From Eledone cirrhosa (lineage: Eukaryota): DNA of 64,000 nucleotides. Under the pieces are notes generated by a model that worked only from the letters and a program-made list of their open reading frames with translations, made no database searches and was not told the DNA's origin. The DNA lies in the NCBI GenBank assembly GCA_964016885.1, contig OZ024763.1, forward strand, positions 19,592,001 through 19,656,000, written 5' to 3'. The translations under genes and the position numbers were made by a program. Shown piece by piece: positions 1-9,626 of the stretch (position 1 is the stretch's first letter; the number at the start of each line of letters is the position of its first letter).

Positions 1-2
1 AT

Positions 3-1547
3 CTTGTACGTCACAAAAGAATACACACAGGAGAAAAACCTTATTCATGTGAAATATGTGAGAAATCTTTTTCTGATGGTTCTGACCTTGTAAAACACAA
101 AAGAATACACACTGGAGAAAAACCCTTTCATTGTGAAATATGTGGGAAATCTTTTTCTTGTGGTTCTTATGTTGTACGTCACAAAAGAATACACACAGGA
201 GAAAAACCTTATTCGTGTGAAATATGTGGGAAATCATTTGTCTCCAACAGTGACTTGAGAAGACATACCACAACACACACAGGAGAAAAACCTTATTCAT
301 GTGAAATATGTGAGAAATCTTTTTCTAATGGTTCTGATCTTGTAAAACACAAAAGAATACACACTGGAGAAAAACCCTTTCATTGTGAAATATGTGGGAA
401 ATCTTTTTCTTGTGGTTCTTATGTTGTACGTCACAAAAGAATACACACAGGAGAAAAACCTTATTCGTGTGAAATATGTGGGAAATCATTTGTCTCCAAC
501 AGTGACTTGAGAAGACATACCACAACACACACAGGAGAAAAACCTTATTCATGTGAAATATGTGGGAAATCTTTTTCTCATAGTTCTGTTCTTGTAGGTC
601 ACAAAAGAATACACACAGGAGAAAACCCTTATTCATGTGAAATATGTGGGAAATCTTTTTCTCATAGTTCTCATCTTGTACGTCACAAAAGAATACACAC
701 AGGAGAAAAACCTTATTCATGTGAAATATGTGAGAAATCTTTTTCTGATGGTTCTGACCTTGTAAAACACAAAAGAATACACACTGGTGAAAAACCGTTC
801 CATTGTGAAATATGTGGGAAATCTTTTTCTCAAGGTTCTATACTTGTACATCACAAAAGAATACACACAGGAGAAAAACCTTATTCATGTAAAATATGTG
901 GGAAATCTATTTCACATGGTTCTACACTTGTACATCACAAAAGAATACACACAGGAAAAAAACCTTATTCATGTGAAATATGTGGGAAATCTTTTTCTCT
1001 GGCTTCTCATCTTGTAGATCACAAAAGAATACACACAGGAGAAAAACCTTATTCATGTGAAATATGTGGGAAATCTTTTTCTCGAGGTTCTTATCTTGTA
1101 TATCACAAAAGAATACACACAGGAGAAAACCCTTATTCATGTGAAATATGTGGGAAATCTTTTTCTCATAGTTCTCATCTTGTACGTCACAAAAGAATAC
1201 ACACAGGAGAAAAACCTTATTCATGTGAAATATGTGAGAAATCTTTTTCTGATGGTTCTGACCTTGTAAAACACAAAAGAATACATACAGGGGAAAAACC
1301 CTTTCATTGTGAAATATGTGGGAAATCTTTTTCTCAAGGTTCTTATGTTGTAAGTCACAAAAGAATACACACAGGAGAAAAGCCTTATTCGTGTGAAATA
1401 TGTGGGAAATCATTTGCCTACAACAGTGACTTGAAAAGACATACCACAACACACACAGGAGAAAAATCTTATTCATGTGAAATATGTGGGAAATCTTTTT
1501 CTCAACGTTCTACACTTGTACGTCACAAAAGAATACACACTGCATAA
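3..1547 (+). CDS. C2H2 zinc-finger protein ZNF-A copy 1 (5' part outside the window)
   Basis: Open frame from base 3 with tandem CxxC-x12-HxxxH fingers and TGEKPY linkers, matching the 3' part of copy 2. The track start at 255 is a TTG, not a real start. Confidence 0.9.
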   Translation, partial: LVRHKRIHTGEKPYSCEICEKSFSDGSDLVKHKRIHTGEKPFHCEICGKSFSCGSYVVRHKRIHTGEKPYSCEICGKSFVSNSDLRRHTTTHTGEKPYSCEICEKSFSNGSDLVKHKRIHTGEKPFHCEICGKSFSCGSYVVRHKRIHTGEKPYSCEICGKSFVSNSDLRRHTTTHTGEKPYSCEICGKSFSHSSVLVGHKRIHTGENPYSCEICGKSFSHSSHLVRHKRIHTGEKPYSCEICEKSFSDGSDLVKHKRIHTGEKPFHCEICGKSFSQGSILVHHKRIHTGEKPYSCKICGKSISHGSTLVHHKRIHTGKKPYSCEICGKSFSLASHLVDHKRIHTGEKPYSCEICGKSFSRGSYLVYHKRIHTGENPYSCEICGKSFSHSSHLVRHKRIHTGEKPYSCEICEKSFSDGSDLVKHKRIHTGEKPFHCEICGKSFSQGSYVVSHKRIHTGEKPYSCEICGKSFAYNSDLKRHTTTHTGEKSYSCEICGKSFSQRSTLVRHKRIHTA

Positions 1548-1797
1548 AAACCTTATACATGTGACATATGTGGGAAACTTTTCACTAAGAGTTCTGATCT
1601 TGTAGTTCACAAAAGAATACACACTGGTCAAAAATCCTTGCAATGTGAAATATGTGGGAAATCCTTTGCCTCTAACAGTAAATGGAAAAGACATACAACA
1701 ATACACACTGGAGAAAAAACCTTATTCATGTGAAGTTTGTGGGAAATCTTTCCCTCAGAACTCTTCACGAGTTGTTCACAAACGTAGTCAACACTAG
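1548..1797 (+). pseudogene. Three degenerate C2H2 fingers downstream of the ZNF-A stop (copies at 17636-17885, 33711-33960, 49865-50114)
   Basis: After ACT GCA TAA the frame continues [57 protein letters not shown], then a +1 frameshift, then [25 protein letters not shown], which resembles the ZNF-B C-terminus. Confidence 0.9.
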
Positions 1798-1904
1798 TGT
1801 TAAACCCCATTACTGGGAAATATGAAACATTAATAAACACACAAACAGTTGGAGTAAGAATATGAAATGTGATAAATGTTACTGTTACACATTGAAGCAT
1901 ATAT

Positions 1905-1934
1905 ATACACACATACACACACACACACACACAC
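1905..1934. repeat. (CA)n microsatellite, one per unit
   Basis: acacacacatacacacacacacacacacac. Confidence 0.9.
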
Positions 1935-2559
1935 AATCTTGACTCACAAACGTAATTCATTCCTGAAGGCCGATCGTCAGCCAAATTGTTTGTAAAGCAA
2001 AACTATTTTTCCCATATGAAATTTTAAGAGAGAAATACAGGGAGAGAGGCAGTGTAAAAGACTGATAGATATCACCATAGTAACTAACTATGCAGCAAGT
2101 GACACTTTCCTGCTGATACTCCCAGCTTGTTGCCAACCTTTGTTGCTGGCTTGTGTGTTCATTACTTGAGACACCGTTCATCAATGAAGATGTTTTATGT
2201 ACAGATTTGTTTTTAATGAGAGGAGTTTGTGATTTGAGGTTCCACTGTATATATATCAGTGTTGTAGTTTGATTGAAGCATTGTTGATAGGAAACACATT
2301 TAAATAATTTTGAAAACCATACATTACGCTAGAAAATTAAAATTTCCAAAATATAGAATCTTTACCTTGGCAAATTTACCAAATATTCTAGTGTTTTAAA
2401 ACCTATTATTGATCCTTTAAGTCTCTCACAGGGATACTCGCTTGTATGGGTTTCAAAATTATTTAAATTTGTGTTTCATATATATATGTATATATATATG
2501 TACTTCTCTATCAATTGTAAGAAATAAACTGCCATATATCAAAGATTACCACAAAAACT

Positions 2560-2810
2560 AGGCAGTAGAGTACAAGATATGCTGGACACTGCTACTGAAG
2601 CAAGGATGACCTGATGAGCTGGCTGCTGTTGTGGATACCTAAACATAGTAAGAACCTAGTGCGATGACCAAGATTGACTTACATAGATCAGATGTCTCTG
2701 GATGTCCAGCTAGAGATTAATGATCTCAGAAATGCCAGACATCTAAAAGAGAAGAGTAGAGTTGTTCCGGCCAATCCACCTGACCTAATAAATGATAATG
2801 ATAATATATA
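2560..2810 (+). mobile_element. 3' fragment of an RTE-like LINE (related copies 13265-13490 and 60225-60460, and in each unit)
   Basis: Translates to RYAGHCY..DDLMSWLLLWIPKH..PRLTYIDQM, an RTE C-terminal-like motif, and ends in an aat/gat microsatellite tail. Confidence 0.65.
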
Positions 2811-2919
2811 TTGATGAAAATTAATTATGGTGAAATATGTTGGAAATTATTCTCAGAGGTTTTGTATTGTAATCCACAAATACACCGTGGAAAGTTCTAC
2901 TTCATATTATTTGTCATTG

Positions 2920-3200
2920 CCATTCTGAGTTCAAATCCCGCCAAAGTTAACTTTGCTTTTCATCCTTATGGGGTCGATAAAATAAAGTACCAGTAATGCA
3001 CTGGGTAACTGCTGGCATTGTGCCAAAAGTAGAAACAATTATTTGTCATGTTGAGGGTGGTGGATTTACAGAATCTAGTGTCAGATGATATGCTGCTGAG
3101 GTTAGCTTTACTTTTCTTCCTCAGGTTCAGTAAAATAAAGTACCAGTAATCCACTGGAGTTGATTTAATCAGCTTTCTCCTTCCCTTCCAATAGCTGGCG
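2920..3200 (+). mobile_element. tRNA-type SINE fragments (two partial copies)
   Basis: B-box gagttcaaatccc followed by core aactttgcttttcatccttatggggtcgataaaataaagtaccagt; many related copies in the window. Confidence 0.7.
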
Positions 3201-3849
3201 TTGATAAAAAACAATACCAGTCTAATACTGGGGTCTGTTTTTCCTCTCTATTTCTTCCACTCTCTCATTCTCTTTCCTTCTCTGGAAGAAATCAACTGTT
3301 CAAACTTGGTGAGTGAAGGGCTCCACCAAGCTTCAAATATCCACAGTGGCACCCTTATGACTACATCATTTACAAAAACAAAACTAAAGATTTATTCTTT
3401 ATTTTATAAATCTTACCTGGTTTATATTTATATTTATGACAAAATATCCATGTGTATTATGTGTAAATAAAACCGATTTTATAACTAATATTTGTTGGAT
3501 GGTACTTTCATGACAGTTCAAATTATTAACATTTGAAAATACTTTAAAACTCTCTCTTTTTCTTCACCCATTTATTCCTGGGAGGGTTGTAGGAGGTAGA
3601 GTCCTCACCCGTTTATAGGTCCTATATGTGTAAAGTTTCCACAACAGATACACAACACATCCAAACCAGGTAGTTATACCTACCCAGTATTTTGATTTTA
3701 GTGATTTTTTTTGTAACAAATCTCAACATCCGAGACCTTACTAAGTGGAGTGCAACTCATCAGATTGGACCAAGGAAACAAAGTTTCCATTGGTCTTTCC
3801 AATTGATGATATAATCTATAATCTACCAGTTGTAACTCCGGTAAGTAGA

Positions 3850-3955
3850 ACAAGGGGAAATAAAGTGTCCTGCTGAAGAACTTAACACATCACCTAGTCT
3901 AGGAATTGAACTCAGAACCTCATGATTGTCAATCCAACTCTCTTACTACTAAGTG
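3850..3955 (-). mobile_element. tRNA-type SINE head, second family
   Basis: ggaattgaactc is a reverse-strand B box; it is the reverse complement of the plus-strand copy at 4110-4230. Confidence 0.55.
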
Positions 3956-4109
3956 ACATATCTTCCTAAGTTTCAGTGATAGTGGACAGTAAATAACGTG
4001 ATGGTGGTCATTTTATTTGATAGATTGACCAGTTGATCATCTCAATGGTGTATTATTGCCTTTTTTTCACAGCGTCTCTTGAAGTCGATGAGAAAAAGGT
4101 AATAGAGTA

Positions 4110-4230
4110 TTGGTTAGGGTGTTGGACTCAATGATAAACTTGTGAGTTCAATTCCTGCGATTGGCAACATGTTCTGTCGTACCAGAAGACAATTTATTTC
4201 ATGTTTCTTCAGTCCAATCAGCTGGAAAAA
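4110..4230 (+). mobile_element. tRNA-type SINE head, second family (another remnant at ~8235-8345)
   Basis: tggttagggtgttggactc ... gagttcaattcc (A/B-box-like) followed by cagtccaatcagctg. Confidence 0.55.
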
Positions 4231-4379
4231 AATTAGTTGTGACAACTCTGGTTCCAAGCTATATCAGGCTGTGACTTTCCTTTGGACAACATCATATAGT
4301 CTATATATAGTGATAACATGGGATGTATAGCTCTTTAGTTCTTAGTCCAGATTGTTCCATCAGGAATATATGTCAACTA

Positions 4380-4810
4380 ATTGTCTCCAATGATTTCAGT
4401 TGGTGACAGATTGTTAACATCCATGGCAGCTGATGTTGACAGTTTGTGGGTCATTTTGGAATGTGTTCCACCAGGTTATCTTCGGCTGGCCTCTTTTCCA
4501 CATGGCTTCAGGGTGTATCCATGTCATCGCTGTTTTAGACAGGTGGTCTTTTGGAGGGTGCAGAATGTGACACACAAAATGGAACCAACATTCTATGATG
4601 ATCTCCTGTAGTGTATGTGACCCTGCTCTCCACAGGATCTCACCAGCTGACCTTTAGAATCTTATGCAGGCACCTTTGTTAGAAAATGTTTAGAGACCTA
4701 TCCATCTTCACAGTGCGTTTCCATGTTTCACAGTCATAGATGGTCATGGGAAGCACAATGCTAGTGTACAAGCGGAGCTTGAGATACATGCTGAGGGCTC
4801 TGTTTGACCA
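4380..4810 (-). mobile_element. RTE-like LINE fragment, C-terminal region (copies ~20468-20898, ~36543-36973, longer copy ~52760-53260)
   Basis: Minus-strand translation of the 52.8-53.3 kb copy gives WHF/FAGHILHLPKDHLSKTAITW..KRGQPKITW and KLRLYTSIVLPMAIY, typical of RTE ORF ends. Confidence 0.7.
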
Positions 4811-4812
4811 GA

Positions 4813-5510
4813 ACCGAGATCCCCTCAGGGAAATAGCCTTCTCCAGTATATAGGAAAGGCGGTAGAAATTCCATCCTCTGCTCCATATGCAAAATGTCGG
4901 TATGCAAGAGATGTGATGGGATCTCAGGAAGTTTAGCTCTGAATGTAGGCTCTATGTGTGGCAGTTGCACTGGAACAGTAAACAGCAAATGAGGGCTACC
5001 AAATTCTCAGACGGGTCTGTAGAAACAGTAGATAGCTCCTGCTACTTAGGTGCCCGAAATAGCAGTGGTGCTGGGTGTACTGATGGTACAGGAGCCAGAG
5101 TAAGAACGGGATGGAGGAAGTTCAGGGAACTACTGGCTACATAAGGCTTCTCAAAATGAAAGGCAGATTATCTGATGCATGTGAACGTTCAGCAAGGCTA
5201 CATGGTACTGAGACTTGGGCGCTGCATGCAGAAGTCTTGTGTAGATTGGAAAGAAATGAAGCATAAATCAACTGAGAAAGAAACTAGGCATAAAAGGAAT
5301 CAAATTCTGTATGCAGGAGAGGAGATTGCTTTGGTGTGGACATGTGTTGCGTATGAAGGAAGACAGCTGCATAAAAAGCGCTGAAAGTCTTTGGAATCCT
5401 TGGAGTGGGGTGACCCAGGAAAACCTGGGATGAGGTGATTAAAGCCTACCTTGCCCAATTTCACCTCTCAGAAGAGATGACACATGACCAAGATCTCTGG
5501 CGATGTGCAG
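4813..5510 (+). mobile_element. RTE (BovB-like) LINE 3' fragment (copies ~20901-21583, ~36976-37658, ~53385-54130)
   Basis: IPSGKWPCPIC..GRNSILC cysteine cluster, CYLG, ARVRTGWRKFRELL, LHGSETWA and ERRLLWCGHVLRM, interrupted by stops and frameshifts. Confidence 0.8.
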
Positions 5511-5579
5511 TAATACAACAGTAATACGAACACAAGCTGAAGCATATGTACAGTATGCTCCGCTCCCAACAGCCCGCCT

Positions 5580-5781
5580 AGCCCACACACTAAAGTGGAC
5601 GTGTAAAAGACACGACAAGAAGCACCCAGCCCACACTGTGAATGTGGTTGGCATTAGGAAGGGCAACCAGCCAGAAACACCCCTATATGTGTGGTCACGG
5701 TCACCCGACACAACTTGCCTCAAAATAGGATCCATCCAACCCATGCTAGCATCGAAGATGGACATTAATCAATGATGATGA
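5580..5781 (+). mobile_element. Short retroposon with RTE-type (GAT)n tail (copies per unit, ~54180-54378 and 62340-62790)
   Basis: gtggttggcattaggaagggcaaccagc ... ccatccaacccatgctagcatcgaagatggacatt ... gatgatgat. Confidence 0.65.
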
Positions 5782-5924
5782 TATATATGTAGTGTACACA
5801 TAGTATAGTATAGTGCATATATATATATATATGATAAATGCTGGGGTCAAGCTGATTCAGCCATTCCTCTGGACAACATTATATATAGTGTATGTATGTA
5901 GTATATATATATATACATATACCA

Positions 5925-7912
5925 GTTGCAACACTAACTTCAAGAAGCCTACCAACCACCTAATAACCTACCAATCAAGCGAGCACATAAGCCAGATTGA
6001 CTTCTTGCTAGTTAGGCAATGAGACAGACAGATGGTGTCAAATACTAAGGCATACCCCGGGGAAGAATGTATCCAGTGACATCTCAATAAACAAGAGACA
6101 TACAGGAAGGTGTGGAAAAGGAACACCTGGAAGCTAAAAGACCTTTCACTAAAATATGAATTTAGGAAAGCCTTCAAGATGTGTATGACGCAAAAGAAGA
6201 CGATTCAGAATCGTGTGACATAGATGATAACTGGAATTTCTTACTTGACAACTTACTGTAGGCTACTGAAGACACTTATGGCTGGAGCAGAGCTCCGACC
6301 AGACAAAGAGTGACCTGGTGGTGGAACAGCATGGTAGATAGGGCCATTAGCGACGAAACGCTAGCATGGGATGCTTGGAAAAAATGGTGGGAGTAGAGAC
6401 CGATACACAGCCGCTAAGAGAGAAGCTAGACGTCAGGTGTACTTAGCAGGCAGGGAGGCTGAGAGTAAGAGGTTTGCCAATGTTCTGTGATGGGAAGATC
6501 AGAGACGTGCAGTATTTTGCATTTCAAGGCAGTGTGTCAGTGTAAATCAGGATGTTGTTGGAGATAAGTGTGAAATGATGCTGCTGTACTTAGTGTCACT
6601 AATGATCAGAAAAGGGAGGCCTAGAAATGTCATTATGACAGACTAATTGGAGAAAGTATCAAATTAGATGAGATGCAGTTTGGTTTTGTGCCTTGGAAAA
6701 GTACAACAGATGCCCTCTTCTTAGTAAGACAACTACAAGAGAGGTTCTTAAAGAAGAATAAGCCACTATACTTAGCTTTTGTTGACCTAGAGAAGGTCTT
6801 TGATAGGGTACCCTGATCTGTCATCATAATGGAGTTTACTGAGGAATTCCAGATACAAGTAGGAGTACATCAGGGTTCGGTCCTCAGCCCGCTGTTGTTC
6901 ATTATAGTCCTCCAAGCCATAACAGAGTAGTTTAAGACTGGCTGCTCATGGGAACTTCTCTATGCTGACAATCTGGTAATTATAGCAGAATCAGTAGAGG
7001 AGCTAGAGAATAAATTCTGGCAATGGAAACAGCAGTTGGAATCAAGAGGACTAAGAGTGAACCTAGCTAAGACAAAAGTGTTGATAAGTAGAAAAAGAGA
7101 CAAAACCATGATTCCATCATAAATTCTATAAAATGTACACAATGCAGATCTTGGATACACAAGAGATGTAGTGGGATAGGAGGCAAACTTACAGGTAGGG
7201 AAAACCATGTATGCAGTAGATGTACAGGTAAATTTTTGACAGTAGAAGTCGAAGTGACAGATACATTTTTCAAATGCAGGTGGGTTCTATAGAAGTGGTT
7301 CACAGCTTCCGGTACCTAGGTGATCAGATTAGCATGGGAGGAGATGTTCCGAGGCCATAGTATCTAGAATAAGGACAGGTTGGAAGAAGTTTAGGGAGCT
7401 GCTTACTCTGTTGACCTAGAAGGGTTTCTCCCTACGAACGAAAGGCCGGTTATATGATGCCTGTGTGAGATGCGCAATGCTGGATGGTAGTGAGACATGG
7501 GCAGCAACTGCAATGGATATGCGACGGCTGGAGAGGAATGAAGCAAGCATGCTCTGTTGGATGTGCTATGCCAGTGTGCGTGAACAACCAAGCATAGATG
7601 AGTTGAGAGAGAAACTGTGTAGAAGAGGGATAAGTTGTAGTGTGCGGGAGAGAAGACTTTAATCGTATGGACGTGTGATGCGCATGGAGGATGACCACTG
7701 GGTAAATAAGTGCCAAGAAATGTCAGTAGAAGGAAGACGCAGTAGAGGAAGACCACAAAAACATGGATGGAGGTGGTGAGAGCAGACCTCAGATCGCTGA
7801 AGCTCACAGAGGAGATGACAGAGGTCAGTGAGAAGTGAAGAAATGTTGAGCTGAATAGGACCCATCCCACCATTGCAAGCAGAGAAAAGTGGATGTAAAA
7901 TAGTGATGATGA
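5925..7912 (+). mobile_element. Degraded RTE LINE (end of endonuclease, RT, 3' tail), unit 1
   Basis: CNTNFKK..HLITYQS..SQIDFLL (APE C-terminus), TWWWN, QFGFVP..STTDALF..AFVDLEKVFDRVP, GVHQGSVLSPLLF, LLYADN (YADD), VNLAKTKV, GSETWA and a gatgatgat tail. Confidence 0.9.
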
Positions 7913-8629
7913 TATATGTAGTGTATATAATAGTTGTAATGTCACCAGTGCCAATCTATATCAGCTTTTCTCTTGGTCAACATGATATATAGTCTGTATA
8001 TATTGGACAATATTATATATAGAGTATATGTGGTGTAAATAATAGTTGTTATGACGACATTCTATATACATATGTACACACACACTGACAAACATGTATT
8101 TACATATCGAAGGATTTATGAGTATTTCATAGGCTAACCAAGTTACTCTCATGGAATGAAACGATGTATACACATATATACTTATACATATGTATACAAA
8201 CACATATTTTATAGTAAAGACATACATCATATTGTAATATCATGTTTTCAATTCTTAGCGAGGTAGGTACATTGTGTCCTTAAGCAAGACACATCATTCC
8301 ACATGTCTCTCATCTCCACAGCTGAAAAACACAAGTAGCAGAATTTGGAGGTTTAGCATGGGCTGGAATATTCTCTGCCTCCAACCTTTTCACTTCGGCC
8401 ACAAACCCAGACTTTGCTACCTGCTGTAGAGAGAAGAAGAAGGAATTAGAATGACAACAGTCCACTTGAGGAAGGAGTCCCATGGGATGGAATGGATGTT
8501 GTAGTGGGTACCTCTGGCTATTCTCCATGGTAACACCTTTGCCATTTTGTCTGTAGGGTGGGGCTGAATCACAGCTCAGACTGAAATATAATGTCTGTCC
8601 CTTTGCCTCTCCCATTATTTTCGTTGCTT

Positions 8630-8850
8630 GGGCGGTGGATTGGCAGTATCGGTAGAGGCTCAGACGCCATATTTTGACGCATAGAGTTACGGCCTTGCCG
8701 TTCTGCCTTCAAATCCCGCCGCAGTTAACTTTACCTTTCATCCTTACAGGGTCGATAAAATAAAGTGCCAGTCACGCACTGGGGTCGATTTAATGTACAC
8801 CCCCCCCCCAAAAAAAAAAATTACTGGCCTTGTGCCTAAATAAGAAACCA
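8630..8850 (+). mobile_element. tRNA-type SINE (tandem pair of the same family at ~13808-14190; other copies ~57510-57690 and ~60610-60780)
   Basis: A-box-like tggcagtatcggtagag, B-box-like ttcaaatccc, and core tttcatccttacagggtcgataaaataaag..cactggggtcgattta. Confidence 0.75.
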
Positions 8851-9130
8851 TTATTTATACAAATCTGATTAAAGAACTAGCATATTGATTGAACGTGTGA
8901 ATTAACATAACTGAAGGTCTTTCTGAATGTATTAAATTATGTAGGGGACTCTTAAGCCATGGCACCGACTTCAAGTAGCCATTAGAAAATTATCATCTAC
9001 CTCGGCTCCATCGTTACCACTTGTTACCGTCGTTACCACATAAAATGTGAAGATTGAGAAATCCTTCTCTTATACATCTCAACATATAAGCGTGTGTATA
9101 TATATATGTTTTTATTTAATATTTATATAT
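8850..9130 (+). other. Deletion scar: ZNF upstream flank fused to ZNF downstream flank (copies at ~24925-25205 and ~41000-41280)
   Basis: 8850-9024 matches 14300-14473 and 57803-57975 (upstream of ZNF starts). 9040-9100 matches 60058-60110 (downstream of the ZNF-B stop). Confidence 0.8.
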
Positions 9131-9626
9131 ATATATATACAGCGGTGGTACCCGGCGTTGCACGGGATAAGGTATTTTGGAATGCGGGCTGCCAGCAGAC
9201 CTAATCGTGGAAAAACTGCATGCCTGGACAATATGTAAAGAAAATAAACCGAATACTCTGATGGCTGGATAATCTAAGATTAAACCTGCCTTTTCCTGAA
9301 GCAGGAAAAGGCAAGTTTTCACCTAATTCGATCTAAAGGGGACCCACCAATTCCATACACTCATTTCCATTGGCTGCAAGGAAATATGTTCATACACGCA
9401 TATAGAATAGGTAATAATTTATGATAGAGTAGACAGCATCATAGATGACAGAGTTAGCATGTTCCGTGAAAACTTTATTAACTGCGAAGACGGTGGTCTA
9501 TCTTCAGAAAAAAAACAACATCCAATAAAACTAGTTTTGCAATCGATTATTCACCAACAAAAATTCGTATGTACAACAAATCGTCCATCTAAAACTTTAC
9601 TTTCACATTCGAGCACATCACTTGTT

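Noticed and set aside
325-1476. Repetitive antisense and alternate-frame ORFs ([13 protein letters not shown].., MKYVGNLFL..) over every ZNF array
   Set aside because: Shadow frames of the 84-bp finger repeat; no independent evidence of coding.
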